A stretch of 64,000 nucleotides of DNA from Tubiluchus corallicola (GCA_030141605.1 JAQGDQ010000555.1:1-64000); one strand, 5' to 3'; shown: positions 39,780 through 54,185, counted from the stretch's first letter. The notes: generated by a model not told the origin, from the letters alone. A program made the numbers and translations.

Positions 39780-40400
39780 GTCAATAGTTTGCTCAAGTAT
39801 TTCACAGATATTCTGCACTTACATTCGTGGCCCGATGTTACAGCTGCTGTCTGAAACCAGAATTGTAGATAGTAGGCACTTTGTATGTAATATTCCAGGC
39901 TACACTTTTATGCAAGAGAAACTCTCCAACCAATGCAGCGGATATAGGTCTATATGAAATTCAAAAATTAATTTATAGCAAAGCACCCAAATATAAGATA
40001 AGCCAACATTTATTTAACTGCAAACAGCCAGACCGAAGATTACTGGATTGAAATTGAAACGAAAAATACTGTATTCGGGGTAACATAGAGGCACCCAAAT
40101 ATATAAAGTTTTCAAGAACAATTACGATTACTAATTTTATGATAAATAAGTCCGGTAAGCTTGCACACATTTGTGGCGATTTTAACGTAAATCTTTTTAC
40201 ATCAAGAAAACAAAACGTTTGTGTAAATTATATCTTGTTGTTTCATTCCCTTAATTACTAAACCTATAAGAATTACTAACATGTCGAACACATTCATAGA
40301 TCACTATACTAGTGATTTAGCAAACTGTATCACCCCTGGTGTAATTCTGTACAAGGTAACTGACCACTTAACTATCTTTGCAATTATCAAAAAGTCCGTG
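39780..40400 (+). mobile_element. LINE apurinic-type endonuclease relic (L2/CR1-like)
   Basis: Fragments IPGYTF, ICGDFNVNL, RIT…IDH, VTDH across frameshifts. Confidence 0.6.
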
Positions 40401-40467
40401 GGAAAACGTAAAATTCACAGACAAAACCAATTTTAAAAAAGAAATATTATCTGTGATCTGTGAACAG

Positions 40468-40507
<40 letters not shown>

Positions 40508-40625
40508 TAATTTATTTTTTGCCTTCATAATAACAATCATAGATAGTATATAGCATTGAGTTACAAATATTAAAGAAGGGCGGGATGGCGATAGACCAAA
40601 AGGTCATCTAGTCTGCCATCCCTAA
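40468..40625 (-). mobile_element. LINE 3' end: stem-loop, AATAAA and (TTA)n tail
   Basis: Hairpin GGGATGGC…GACC-AAAA-GGTC…GCCATCCC, then AATAAA and a (TTA)n tail on the minus strand. Confidence 0.45.
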
Positions 40626-43600
40626 AGAATTTTACAGAATTCTGAAACAAAAGAAGCCCACCCTTAAGACATCTCACATATTGCATGTCAGTGATGGCAG
40701 AGGATTCCTTTTTCCGACTACTTGGTCCCTCCCTGCCCTCTCCACGATAACAATTATTTAATATTTGACAAACTTTTGCTGAAAACTATATAGGAGAAAA
40801 TAATTGATCTATGTCTATGATTCTCAATTTTTCGTCAATAATATCAAAATTCAATTCACTTCCTTTTATCCACAACGTGAAGCACAATATTACAAATATG
40901 TGTACAAATTATTCATGTATAGTTGAAAAAAAAAACAAAAAATGCAATAAATTAAATATAATGATTAATGTCATCATCTTGGGTGCTACCGGTATATAAC
41001 ACTGCACCACTCATAATTTGATGCCATACTCTCAGGTCTGTTACCACATGCCATGTTGTTTAACTCAAATGGGTGCTCTTAATAAATCTTTCTTCAGAAT
41101 ACCTAATCCAGATACCGTACTACGTGATCAGAATGTCCACCTCTTGGCTTCTTCCCAGGTATTAATGATTTATAAATGTACAATTCCGATTCACTCTGTA
41201 GGGCGCTGAGTAATCCACTAGCCGAAGTAGGACAGTTCCGGTAAAACGTATGTGCTAAATTTTCGGAAAAGCAGTTTCGTACGACTAGGTCGCTAGGACA
41301 CTGGCGATTTTTGACGAGATCGACATTTATGAAGACATAATAAAATATAAAATTAAATCAGTTTTAGAGAAAAGGTAACTTTATAATAATGATGGATAAC
41401 CCTCGACAATTTACAAAATTTTACGATAGTATCCTCAGTATTATTAGCTCCATTAAAATCATCATAACATTAAACTAAGTATCTAATGCTTTAAAGAGAG
41501 AAACTATGCGCACAGTTACTATAGAAATAATTACAAGTTCAAAAATCAGACATATGCTGCTAAGCTATAGCAACACAAAAAAGTAACTTTTAACATTTAG
41601 GAAATGCAAAGACAATTAGTTTTAATAATATCAATAGTATAGTAACACGTAGGGCACTGTCGTTCATGGCTTGCTAGCCCATGTAGGGCACATAGATCAC
41701 TAGAATGTTTACTTAGGAGAAAACAATTATTTGTCCAAAAGGTAGTGAAATGATCACCTGTCTGTGAAGCGAGACTAAATCAAAAACGATATACGTTAAA
41801 CAAATGTTGAAGAAGTCGCTAAAAAGTGGGCTTATTTCACTTCAACAACATTAAAGTCGAAACCAAATTTAATATTGTCCCTTCTACCAGCTTCATCAGA
41901 TGTATAATAAATTATTCAACGTGTATTGAGGTTTTTAATTATTATCATTACATAAACAAGGACCACGCATAGTGCCAATACGCTTTACGTCTCAATTCGC
42001 GACCTGTGTCTAGTATCTTACTTAAGCAGCTTATGTACGCCAAGTGTCCTACTTTGGCTAACGGCTTACTCGGCCCCCAACTCCATCAATATGAGAAATC
42101 ATCTCGCGATTTTATCACCATTTGCTTTTTTCGTAAATAATTTTGCCTTCCTCTACGACTTACACATTTCAGAATTCAGCGCAGAGTGAATCTTCTAATT
42201 GTAATGGTTACAGCAACAACAACAATTCCCAGTAATTAAATCTATAATCAGCAGTTTAATTAACTTTGTTTTGCAAACATGGAGGAACTGTTTGCTTACA
42301 GATTATACTATCCAGTAAAGTTGCAAACCCATATGAGTTTACGGCAGAGTAGACGTAATTATTTAGTTTCAGTAAGGGCTCAAGACTACATATCAAAAAG
42401 CATCATAATTGTTGAAGTGTGTCCTACTTATTAGTTTGAAGTATTACAAATTTCACGTACGGTAGTAAAACAGGTGCTATTAAGCCTTATGGTGGTCCAC
42501 TTACTATCCTATCACACTATAAATTTTGCCAGAATTTCAAGTAATTGTGTAGATTATATTAACAAGAGATGTTGTTGCAAGTTGCTGAAAAAATATTACC
42601 ACTGCCTCTTGCTTATAATGATGCACGCCAGTCGCACACTTTGAAAAATCTGCTTACGTACAGTCTGTTTACAACAACACTTTTTCAAATTTTCCAACAG
42701 CAGTATTTTTGTATGAAGCAATGTGTCAAACAATGTAATGTGTCGCATATAGCAGATGACATAATGCCAAAATTATTGCTATTTATTGGACTGTTCTAAT
42801 TATGTCTGACGTATACCACGTACACGTTCAGAACGAGTTTGTTAGACACAAAATTTAAGCATGCTGAATAAAAATCCGTGTCTGACAAACTTTGCATTAC
42901 GGCACAAGGTTAATGAAGGCCGCACCCTGGTAAATATCTGTGTCCAACAATTATTTTCCGTAGTTAGGAAACAAAATTTACTTAAAATGAATGATAATGG
43001 TACTTGCTAGTTTGAAAAACTCAACCACAAATTATTTCTGACTTTTTTTGCTCTTTTAAAGTGCAATAAATTAGATTATTAACCGTAATAATATTTAATG
43101 TTTTCGTTGTTACGTGACTGCCACATTTCCGTGCCTGTATCACAACTGTAGTTATTAAATGGTATACAAAAGCATAAGCATTTATTAACGTCTAGTATTC
43201 TCAATGTTCTCATATTTCAGGTTGCTGTGTTTATTATTATGGCCTCCCAATGATTCTCATACTTCAGGTCGCTGCGTTTATTATTATGGCCTATCTTAGT
43301 TTGTTCACCTCAGATTAGAGAAATGTTCAGATTACAACTCTTGCAAATGTTCAAATCGCACAGCAAATGAAATTTTGATTTGACTGTGCCCTACAAGGAG
43401 CAAATCGAATACCTACACTGTTATGTTGACCTAAGGTCTCAGGTTCAAATCCCGACTAGTCAACAGTTTTCCAGCTTTCTCCACCTCATTACACACAATA
43501 GGTAATAAATATTAAAATAAACAGAAATGGTTTATAAACTTCTCGGAATCACATAGTCATAACCTAATTAATTAGTGACAAAATAAGCATTATTACTATT

Positions 43601-44425
43601 GTTATTATTACTTTTATTATGGATTTAACTAAAACTTGCAAATATAATACTTTAAAAAACTGTAACAGTGATTTCATTTTTTTATTTTTTTAAATAACTA
43701 GTGCATTAACTCTGATGTACAAATTCAAATAATGCATTAGAGATCAATTTTTTATTATTATAAAAAAAAGCAATGGATTTATTGCAAATATAGTTAAAGT
43801 CCAACTCTTGGAGAGGCTTATGCTGATTACTAATGAATCAAAACCAAAACACCAAAACGATCACATAGGTGTGACTAACATTGCTTATTTGTGTATTGAA
43901 TTTTGAATTGACTGTCTTTTCATTCAAAAATTTTAAAAGTTTAGTATCTCTGCTAGCAAACACACACAATCTGATTGCGAATTCGCAATGCGTTTGCCAC
44001 ATTTGAACCAGTGATTTCATCATCATAAGTCTGTTACGTCAATTGCATATATTGGGCAACCAGAATTCTAAAATAAAAAAATCTGCCCTCAAGACGGTAA
44101 GCACAGCAGTAATCCAGCAAAAACTAGACAATGCTATACCAGTGGCTTGTTCACAAGAGCGAAAATTTACGCAGCCAGCAATGATGTCGGCTGACCCAAC
44201 TCCAATCACTGAGCAGCTGACACGATTAAAGCCGAGTTTCTTATCAGCTAAGTCGACTGTAAAAACAAACCCGCTGGAGGTCTGCTGAAACGGTGGAGCT
44301 CTGGGCTCTTAATTAGACATGTTTCCATATTTCTTTTTAATTTTTCTTTTTCTCTGGTGTGAGTATTTATATTTCTCATGTGTGAGAAGCTTTATTCTGC
44401 AAAATTAGTGTCATGCTAATTCATT

Positions 44426-45865
44426 TCAACTGTTTTTTTCAACATGATGAACTTTCATGATATGATTCTTTAAACTTATTGACTTAGAGAAAGCAGCATC
44501 ACATTGAAAGCATTTAAAAGGTTTTTCACCAGTATGAGTTCGCATATGACGCTTCAAATGACATGAACGTGCAAAAGCAGTACTACACAGTAAACATTTA
44601 AAAGGTTTTTCTCCAGTATGAATCCTTGCATGACATTTTAAACCACTTGACCATACAAAACTGGCATTACACTGCTCGCACTTAAAAGGTTTCTCACCAG
44701 TATGATTCATAATGTGACGTTTCAAATCACCTTTTTGATTGAAACCAGCATTACACTGATCACACTTAAAAGGTTTTTCACTTGCATGAATTCTTGCATG
44801 AATCTTCAAATTAGTTGCCCGCGCAAAAGCAGCACCACAATGAGAGCATTTAAATGGCTTTTCCCCAGTGTGAAGTCTTGCATGATGTTTCAAACTACCA
44901 AAACGTGTGAAAGCAACACCACACTGACTGCATTTAAAAGGTTTCGTGCCACTATGCGTCGTTACATGATTTTTCAAGTGATAAGATTGTGTAAAAGCAG
45001 CATCACAGTAATCACACTTAAAAGGCCTTTCACCTGTATGAATTCTCATGTGATACTTCAAGTTGGTAGATCGAGCGAATGCTGCATCACACTGAGCACA
45101 CTTAAAAGGTTTTTCACCTGTATGAACCTTTGTATGCTTCTTTAAACTAGTTGATTGAGCAAAAGCAGAATCACAATGAGTGCATTTAAAAGGTTTTTCT
45201 CCAGTATGTACTCTTACGTGACACTTCAAATGACTTGAGCACGCAAATGCAGCGTCACACAGAGTGCATTCAAAAGGTTTCTCTCCTGTATGAGTTCTTA
45301 TATGGCGCTTCAAGCCAGTTGATCGTCTAAAGACAGCATCGCACTGGTTACACTTGAAAGGTTTTTCTCCTGTGTGTATTATTGCATGATATTTTAAGCG
45401 CGATCTAGTAGGAAAAACCGCATCACAAAAATTGCACTTTAAGAGTTCTTTCACTTTTTGATTAATAACAAGCTGTATCCGTGAACTAGAGTGAACGGAA
45501 TCGCGCTGATTATATTCAATTGCAGAATTATAAGAATTCAAAAGTTCCCCACTATTTTCTGCCGAAGTTTGATGTTCTGCAATTACGGATGAATTTTCAG
45601 TTTCTGCATCATGCAGGAAGTATTCTGTGGTGTCAATAGGGATGTTAGGCTCGGTTTTTATAACTCCATCTTTTGTATCATCAACCTTTGCAACATCAAA
45701 CTCTTTTTTTACTGATACATTACAAATTCGCATGTCGCTGTTCATTGCACCCTCGGTAGCAGACTCATCAAACACATCTGACGGAAAACGAGGTTCAATT
45801 TTCACAGATGTGGAAGCTGCTTGTTCAGCATCATCTGACTCCGTATCGTGAGATGAGCAGCTCAT
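44426..45865 (-). CDS. Tandem C2H2 zinc-finger protein, 12 fingers (~479 aa from ATG 45865), paralog of 35950-37080
   Basis: Acceptor TTTACAG| at 45868 followed by ATG; VKIEP/IKTEP (SUMO-type psiKxE) motifs in the leader; 12 C2H2 fingers with TGEKP linkers. Confidence 0.93.
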   Translation of the reverse strand: MSCSSHDTESDDAEQAASTSVKIEPRFPSDVFDESATEGAMNSDMRICNVSVKKEFDVAKVDDTKDGVIKTEPNIPIDTTEYFLHDAETENSSVIAEHQTSAENSGELLNSYNSAIEYNQRDSVHSSSRIQLVINQKVKELLKCNFCDAVFPTRSRLKYHAIIHTGEKPFKCNQCDAVFRRSTGLKRHIRTHTGEKPFECTLCDAAFACSSHLKCHVRVHTGEKPFKCTHCDSAFAQSTSLKKHTKVHTGEKPFKCAQCDAAFARSTNLKYHMRIHTGERPFKCDYCDAAFTQSYHLKNHVTTHSGTKPFKCSQCGVAFTRFGSLKHHARLHTGEKPFKCSHCGAAFARATNLKIHARIHASEKPFKCDQCNAGFNQKGDLKRHIMNHTGEKPFKCEQCNASFVWSSGLKCHARIHTGEKPFKCLLCSTAFARSCHLKRHMRTHTGEKPFKCFQCDAAFSKSISLKNHIMKVHHVEKNS

Positions 45866-46468
45866 TTCTGTAAACAAAACTATTAAGTTAATATCTCTAG
45901 AAGACCAGTAGCAACTACATTTAATTAGTGCCACAATTAACAATAACACAATGGAAAGAAATTCAAAGACAGCATTTTGTAGTGCTGAAAAAATTTACAG
46001 GTGAAATAAAGTTTCAGAAAGAACCATTGAAGTACAGAGCAAGATGCTATGTTTTTCTATGGCAGCACAGCAAGTTTCCCAAAATCCAGCATTCAATAAC
46101 AGAGCCGAATTCAACTAAGAATGTTCGTGGCAAAACAAGTACGTAGCTATTATCAATACTATATATATATTGACCAGCTAAACTGTAACGTCAGTCGGGA
46201 AGCACACCTACTTGGTTGTTCCCTGCCTTTTCCAAACGATGCAAAACATTATACTCTAGTAGGATGACAGAATAATTACATAAGTTTATACTACTTTACA
46301 ATGATGAATAGTATCAACATAATGTAATCTGTTTTTGCGGTAAACAACTGATCTGGAAACAGACAGTTTTAACTATCACTGTTTTAACTATCACTTGTCA
46401 CAATATCGCAACCCAAATACTTAAATAAAATAAAAAAATATATAAATATAAATATAATAAAAAAATAA

Positions 46469-47175
46469 AAGTATTTGGGTTGCGATATTGTGACAAGTGA
46501 CAGTTTTTCTATTGATGTTTCAAGGTTAAAAAGGGAATTCATTGGTTCCGTGAATAATATTCATTCACTCAAGTATGGGCCATAATCGTAATGACATAGT
46601 AGCTAAAACTCTGATCAATACATATTGTCTACCCATTTTGTTATAGGGATGCGAAATTGGGGGTATATCAAACAATGAAGTTAATGCCAATAGGGTAAAA
46701 TGGAACACTGCTTATAGAAAAATATTCGGTTTCAGACAAAATGAAAGGGTCAAATTGTTAATGTATTTTTGTGGCACAATGCCTGCTAATTATTTAATAG
46801 ATAGTCGAAAATTAAACTTTGTGAGAAAAATTGTAAACTCTTGTACATTGAGAATTCCAAAGCCATGCTACTATGTAAATAACAGTCAAGTAAATTTAAG
46901 ATTTAAATATGGTTGTACTGTAGACCTAAACGAAAATGTAAAATTAAAGGTTAAGAACTCATTTAAAGTTTACGTTTTAAGATATCTACTATAGCTCCTT
47001 ACAACACTGTATAATGTAATATAATTACAAGGGAACTACAATGTGTGGTTATTATAAAGTTGAATGTCTGTAGATATGTTCCTTTACTAATATCGCATTA
47101 CCTGTTTTACTAACATCCTTATCTTTGTAAACTGTATATTTTTATATGAAATAAACTCATAATAATAATAATATT
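46469..47175 (+). mobile_element. 5'-truncated LINE 3' portion
   Basis: Begins with KYLG (post-YADD RT motif); continues …YRKIFG…LMYFCG…; ends with AATAAA and a short (AAT)n tail. Confidence 0.6.
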
Positions 47176-47534
47176 AAGAAGATAATGCTTATAAATGCTC
47201 AGTTAAAATGATAACATGAAGACAAGACAACTTACTAAAACTGCAATAAATGCTCCCTTACACTTCACTGATATTGAGGTTAGCAATCAGTACTGTATTA
47301 TGTCTCATTGTTATAGTACGAATGAGATGAGTGTTATAGTTCCAATTGAACAGCCATGAAACTCAAGCAGCATTTACACTGCAAAACGACACATCGCAGA
47401 TTCTTATATTATCAGTATAAAGATAGAGGGTAAATAAAAATAAAATCCAGTTCATCCTTTATTTTAGTATCATTTTAGTTTTTACAGTAGCCAAACAGTC
47501 TTTCTTGAACAGGTGCTTGTTCTATTGCAAGATC

Positions 47535-49335
47535 ATGGTCACTTAGCTTCAGCTTTGTTATGCACATCGTGGTCACTTAACTTCAGCTTTGTTATGCACA
47601 TCGTGGCCACTTAGCTTCAGCTTTGTTATGCACATCGTGGTCACTTAGCTTCAGCTTTGTTATGCAAATCGTGGTCACTTAGCTTCGACTTTGTTATGCA
47701 CATCATGGTCACTTAGCTTCAGCTTTGTTATGCACATCGTGGTCACTTAGCTTCGACTTTGTTATGCACATCGTGGTCACTTAGCTTCAGCTTTGTTATG
47801 CACATCGTGGTCACTTAGCTTCGACTTTGTTATGCACATCGTGGTCACTTAGCTTCGACTTTGTTATGCACATCGTGGTCACTTAGCTACAGCTTTGTTA
47901 TGCACATCGTGGTCACTTAGCTTCGACTTTGTTATGCACATCGTGGTCACTTAGCTTCAGCTTTGTTATGCACATCATGGTCAATTAGCTTCGGCTTTGT
48001 TATGCACATCGTGGTCACTTAGCTTCGACTTTGTTATGCACATCGTGGTCACTTAGCTTCAGCTTTGTTATGCACATCGTGGTCACTTAGCTTCGACTTT
48101 GTTATGCACATCGTGGTCACTTAGCTTCAGCTTTGTTATGCACATCGTGGTCACTTAGCTTCAGCTTTGTTATGCACATCGTGGTCACTTAGCTACAGCT
48201 TTGTTATGCACATCGTGGTCAATTAGCTTCGGCTTTGTTATGCACATCGTGGTCACTTAGCTTCGGCTTTGTTATGCACATCGTGGTCACTTAGCTTTCG
48301 GCTTTGTTATGCACATCATGGTCAATTAGCTTCGGCTTTGTTATGCACATCGTGGTCACTTAGCTTTCGGCTTTGTTATGCACATCGTGGTCACTTAGCT
48401 TCGGCTTTGTTATGCACATCGTGGTCACTTAGCTTCAGCTTTGTTATGCACATCGTGGTCACTTAGCTTCGGCCTTGTTATGCACATCGTGGTCAATTAG
48501 CTACGGCTTTGTTATGCACATCGTGGTCACTTAGCTTCGACTTTGTTATGCACATCGTGCTCACTTAGCTACGGCTTTGTTATGCACATCGTGCTCACTT
48601 AGCTATGGCTTTGTTATGCACATCGTGGTCGCTTAGCTTCGGCTTTGTTATGCACATCGTGGTCACTTAGCTTCAGCTTTCTTATGCACATCGTGGTCAC
48701 TTAACTTCAGCTTTGTTATGCACATCGTGGTCACTTAGCTACGGCTTTGTTATGCACATCGTGGTCACTTAGCTTCAGCTTTGTTATGCACATCGTGGTC
48801 ACTTAGCTACGGCTTTGTTATGCACATCGTGGTCACTTAGCTTCAGCTTTGTTATGCACATCGTGGTCACTTAGCTTCAGCTTTGTTATGCACATCGTGG
48901 TCACTTAGCTTCAGCTTTGTTATGCACATCGTGGTCACTTAGCTTCAGCTTTGTTATGCACATCGTGGTCACTTAGCTTCGGCTTTGTTATGCACATCGT
49001 GGTCACTTAGCTACAGCTTTGTTATGCACATCGTGGTCACTTAGCTTCAACTTTGTTATGCACATCGTGGTCACTTAGCTTCGACTTTGTTATGCACATC
49101 GTGGTCACTTAGCTTCCACTTTGTTATGCACATCGTGGTCACTTAGCTTCGGCTTTGTTATGCACATCATGGTCACTTAGCTTCGACTTTGTTATGCACA
49201 TCATGGTCACTTAGCTTCGGCTTTGTTACGCACATCGTGGTCACTTAGCTTCAGCTTTGTTATGCACATCGTGGTCACTTAGCTATGGCTTTGTTATGCA
49301 CATCGTGGTCACTTAGCTATGGCTTTGTTATGCAC
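47535..49335. repeat. 34-bp satellite (CTTTGTTATGCACATCGTGGTCACTTAGCTTCRG)n, ~53 copies
   Basis: Direct tandem units; no unique spacers. Confidence 0.98.
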
Positions 49336-49617
49336 TGTTTGTTTATGATTTTGTACAAGGATTAGAAATGGTTCCATTTGATAGTTGTATTTCATTTCTC
49401 TATAAAATCTCAATTTACTGGACCTCCGTTTTTGCTTTCATCACTATAAAAAAATAAATCCTCATTCTCCTTTTTAAATTTACTAGCATATTTTTAAGTT
49501 TTCTAATAATTGCCGAGGAGTTATTTACATAATTTTTACATAGTCTGAAAAAAAAACAAAGCTAGGTAAAAATGCTGGTGTTTGTTTAAGTACACAAATA
49601 TGGTATTGCGGGGTTTT

Positions 49618-49752
49618 TGGGGTGTGGTAAGACTAAATTTGTTTGGGGGTGTAGTAAGACTAAATTTGTTTGGGGGTGAAGTAAGACTAAATTTGCATGG
49701 GGGTGTGGTACGACTAAATTTGTTTGGGGGTGAAGTAAGACTAAATTTGTGG
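49618..49752. repeat. 27-bp tandem repeat (GGGGTGTRGTAAGACTAAATTTGTTTG)n, ~5 copies
   Basis: Direct reading. Confidence 0.9.
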
Positions 49753-51049
49753 GTTTTGGCAGCTCAAAGCAGCAGTGGATAAATGCTCAATTCCGCTTTG
49801 CTTGCAATATTGGAAGCTGAAGAGCGTACTCCCAATGGGCAAACAGACTCAGTACAAAACCTGAAAAAATTTTTCAGCATCTTTCTTATTCATTTTGTTT
49901 AGTTTATCGATATAAGTGTAGTTTGTTTACATTTCACAGCCATATGTCGCAATTGGGGCTATTAATTCATTGAACTGACGCATCAAAGTGTTTAATGAGA
50001 AACTGAAGTTAAATATTAAGCTTTTTAACTTTAGAATGTTTATTGCACGTTCCTCTGTTTGTAAAATGTACTTCTAGATACTTCTATTGCTTGGTAGTCT
50101 AAGATACTTGGCCAAGTCATTTACATACAAATTAAATAATGTTGGACTAACTGTCTCGTCCTGTCATACTCCTATTTGAGTGGGGGGAGGGGAACTTGCA
50201 AAACTTTCCTCCTTTCTAATTGCACATTTTGATTTTTATACATGACTTTTTCTGTAAAGTGTGCATTTCTATGCCATGCTGTTCGAGTTTTGTAAATAGG
50301 AATCTTGTCAAAGGCAGTTTAGAAATCAATAAAACGTGTAAGTAGCTTTCTGCACCCTGTTTTGCTTTATACAACATGCTACATGTTTTATCATTCATTT
50401 CAAACTGAAATAAAAATACGAAAATATAACTGTTTATGATATCATACAAATCCTGCTACAGATCAACGTTAATTAATAAGTCAATGAACTTAGGGAAAAT
50501 AATATTTAATCATATATTTTATTAAAAATAACAATTTAATTTCATGCTCAAATGATCGTAAAAGAAAAGGTCAGTATAATCAGTATCACAATCTGTGGAT
50601 ACAGTCACTAACTAAATATATATATATATATATTTAATTTATATCATTATATCATCAGATACATATTTCTATATAAAAGAAAAATATCGAAAACATTCCA
50701 TCATGCAGTTACAATTATCAGTTTTCAATAATTATGTAAAAAAGTCAAACAACATGCACAATCCTAACAAAAAAATTGTAAATACATTAATCAAATAATT
50801 GTATAACTTTAAAAGATACTTTAAACCAATTTTAACCTTTGCATGCAGTATATATCATGCAAAATGTATTGTATAAATTTACCTGTACTGTGTCTATCAT
50901 CAAGTCAGAGAAATTTACTTATTTTATGGCATCTTCAATCACATTTCATAAACATCAAGCAGAATATACTGGAAAGAAACAGTTGCATTTAAAAAGACAT
51001 ACTTAAAACAATAAACATTTTATCATGTGAAGAGGAGTTTTCTGTTTTC

Positions 51050-51600
51050 TGTAAACCAAGACACGGAGACAAATATAATTCACAATCTTAATCATATTTC
51101 ATTAGTAGTTGTTTTTTGTACTGTTTTTGAAAAGTAAACAATGTGCCTGCTAATAGGTCTGGTGAAAGAGAGTTCCACAGTACAACACCTTTGTATTTGA
51201 GCGAACATTGGCCTCTATTGGTTGCGAACCTGTTTACAAAAAAACATTTCTTTTTGCAGATCTTGTATTATATCGATGTATATCAGAGGTGTATACGTAA
51301 TAATCAGAAAATATTTCAGGAAGTAGATTGTGTTTAAATTTGAAAACAAATTTAGCTAGTTCAAGATTAGAGATATCATGAAGCTTTAGAATATGAAAGT
51401 TTTTGTAGGCAGGTGTTGCGTGATCTCTAATTTGGGAAAAATTCTTTATTTGGCAATTTGATTTTGAGCACTTATGAGAGGTTGGAGAGTAGTTGTTGGT
51501 GCAAAAGCAAAAGTAAGAATACAGTATTGGAGGTGAGAATAAACCAGAGCATCATATACTACTTTGAGTATGTCTTTATCAACACAGTACCTTTGGCTTG
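51050..51600 (-). mobile_element. L2/CR1-type LINE ORF2 C-terminal relic
   Basis: LKVVYDALVYSHLQYCIL…LISAQN; downstream Y.GVVLWNSL on the minus strand. Confidence 0.7.
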
Positions 51601-53939
51601 TCGAAAATGCACATATGCCAACACTATTGGTGTTAAGAATATTATTATTATTACAGTCAATGCGCGGCTCAAAAGTTTTTAATTTTCCGCCGTTTGATGA
51701 CGCTAGCGTAGCCGCTAATCGCAAAAACGAAAAACGTAACAATGGACAATTAAGTCACTTCCTTTAACTACACTTCGGTTGTGACTTTTGAAGGAGAAAT
51801 TTCTTCACTTGCCATAATAGTAATCATGAATAGCAAAAAGTCTTACAATAATTATTGTTTTAGTAAAAAGGAACAAAATGAAAAAATGCTCACAAGAGAA
51901 ACAAAGCGCCATCATCAGAAAAAGAGTTACGAATATTTATTTTTGCTGTTCTTCTTAATTATCATCAAAATAACTTTTGAACACAACAAAATCATTAGAT
52001 ACGGGTGTTTACATTTTGATACGTTTAAGCAAACGGATTTAATTGGTACCTTTCGTGAATGCTTTCGAGGCAGGGATCCGTATTTTTTGTCACTGCCTAA
52101 AATTCAAACCCTTTCAAAGCTTGCACAGATTGTACATACATACATGTATAGCTAGTTTTATGCTTATAAGCATTTATGTATCTAGTTTTGTGAATTTTCT
52201 CACGTTTAGCCTGTAATTCCACACTAGGAGTGGAACAACATAGAGTAGTTTAACATGTTTATTAATCCAAACACGGGAGGGTTGCCTCAATCAGTGACAA
52301 TAAATCAAAAACAAATTTTAGTAAAACTTCAGATCATGACACATCCTCAAAAACCAATCTGGGAAATCATTACAAACAGAACTATATTTATATTCTCACA
52401 CAGCAATTACGGCCGCAATTCGCGACCAACTTCCACAAGTTTTATGCATATAAACACTTATAGAGCTAGTTTTATGTTTATAGGCACTTATATAAGCTAG
52501 TTTTATGCTTATAAGCACTTACGTCGAATTTGAAAGAGATTTGTTGTTTGGATACTTAACTTCTTTATAGTTAGGCAAGGTAAGAGATACATCTATGTGA
52601 AATAAAGTTTGGGTTTGTGAACATCCCAGCTTGTGACAACTAAAGATAAGTGTTTTGGTTTATTTACTTTATAAGTAATTGATGTTCACTTATTTTTATT
52701 CTGATATACTGTAATTGTGCAGCAAGCTGTTATAGTTCTGATTTCCTACTGGAGGAGAATGTTGTGATTAATTGTAATTATAAGCATAAATTATTAGAAA
52801 TGATTGCTACGGCACGAATTAATACTTGCACATGCAAATCATTTTTTTCGTCTCAGAAATTTCTAAGATAGGCTGTTTAAAATGGCAGCAATTGGGTTTT
52901 AACTGAGCATATCTCTCTTTACTTTGGTTTTAATAAAGTACGTACCCACCTTCACAATAACAGAAATAATCAAAGTACTTGTGAATTTCTTATGACCACA
53001 ACTTATGTCTTCTACACCTGTTATCCCTGGTGATTCCAGATGCACTACAGGGACGTATATAGGGGTTTCATCCCGGGAATTCCAGAGCTGAGATTTATAA
53101 TTGCTTACAAAAGTGTCCTTAGATTTTGACGTGAGCTAAAAAGTCAATGGCTAGCCAGCAAATTCATCATCGACAGTGGCATAGATCATTCGCCATAGTG
53201 ACAGGTTTCCGAATTTTAATCTGTGAATTTGTGAATCTTTATTCAAGCAGCACTGTAGTATTAAATTATTTGCTACGTTTTAAGAAGTCGATATTACATA
53301 GCCGTCTGTCATTACTGTATTTTATTGCAATGTATTATCTCAGGCCAGTTAAAGTCAAAATAATACTGGCCTGCTTAGCGGTATAGAATAAAAATTGAAT
53401 TTGATTCTCCTAGGTGACATTGCTATACGCCCACGCATAATTAGAAATGTTGATGTTTTTTATGTTAAATTTTTACATCATCGCAAGTATGTATTTTACG
53501 AAAACGTAAATAGTTTTTGTGTAGGATGCTATCCTATGTAACCCATTGTTAAGGTGTAATACACCTTTAGAAGATCTGTTTTCACTTGGACATGATCAAC
53601 TTCTTCTGGTACAATTCTAGTTCAACACCTTGATAGGGTGTAGCTATATGCCTTTCATAGTTTTGTTTAAGTGAATCAAGCATCAACATAACATTGAGCT
53701 TACTAAAATTTATATATACATATGAATGGTAAAATCTCACTTATTATTTACATTGAAAGTCTTAACCCCAAATTACACTGAAAGCCTTATCATGAATTTT
53801 GTTATAGAAACAGCAATGAAGCAATTTTTATATATACTATTGCACTACTAATTCTGAAATTGTACTTCGTGTCATAAGTCTATACCCCAATCGCCTGTTT
53901 GTCTTAATAATTTTGTCTTTTTCTGTCTGCTATGCGTAT

Positions 53940-54185
<246 letters not shown>

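Noticed and set aside
44702-45145. 147-aa plus-strand ORF
   Set aside because: Antisense shadow of the zinc-finger array.
47535-49335. CRISPR-like array (also the 29-, 37- and 41-bp arrays)
   Set aside because: Units are contiguous with no unique spacers, there are no cas genes, and the context is eukaryotic and intronic.
50883-51780. 5'-UTR exon (50883-50969) and CpG/ETS-type promoter (~51660-51780) for ZNF B
   Set aside because: Splice-like signals and motifs only; cannot be linked to the gene without transcripts.
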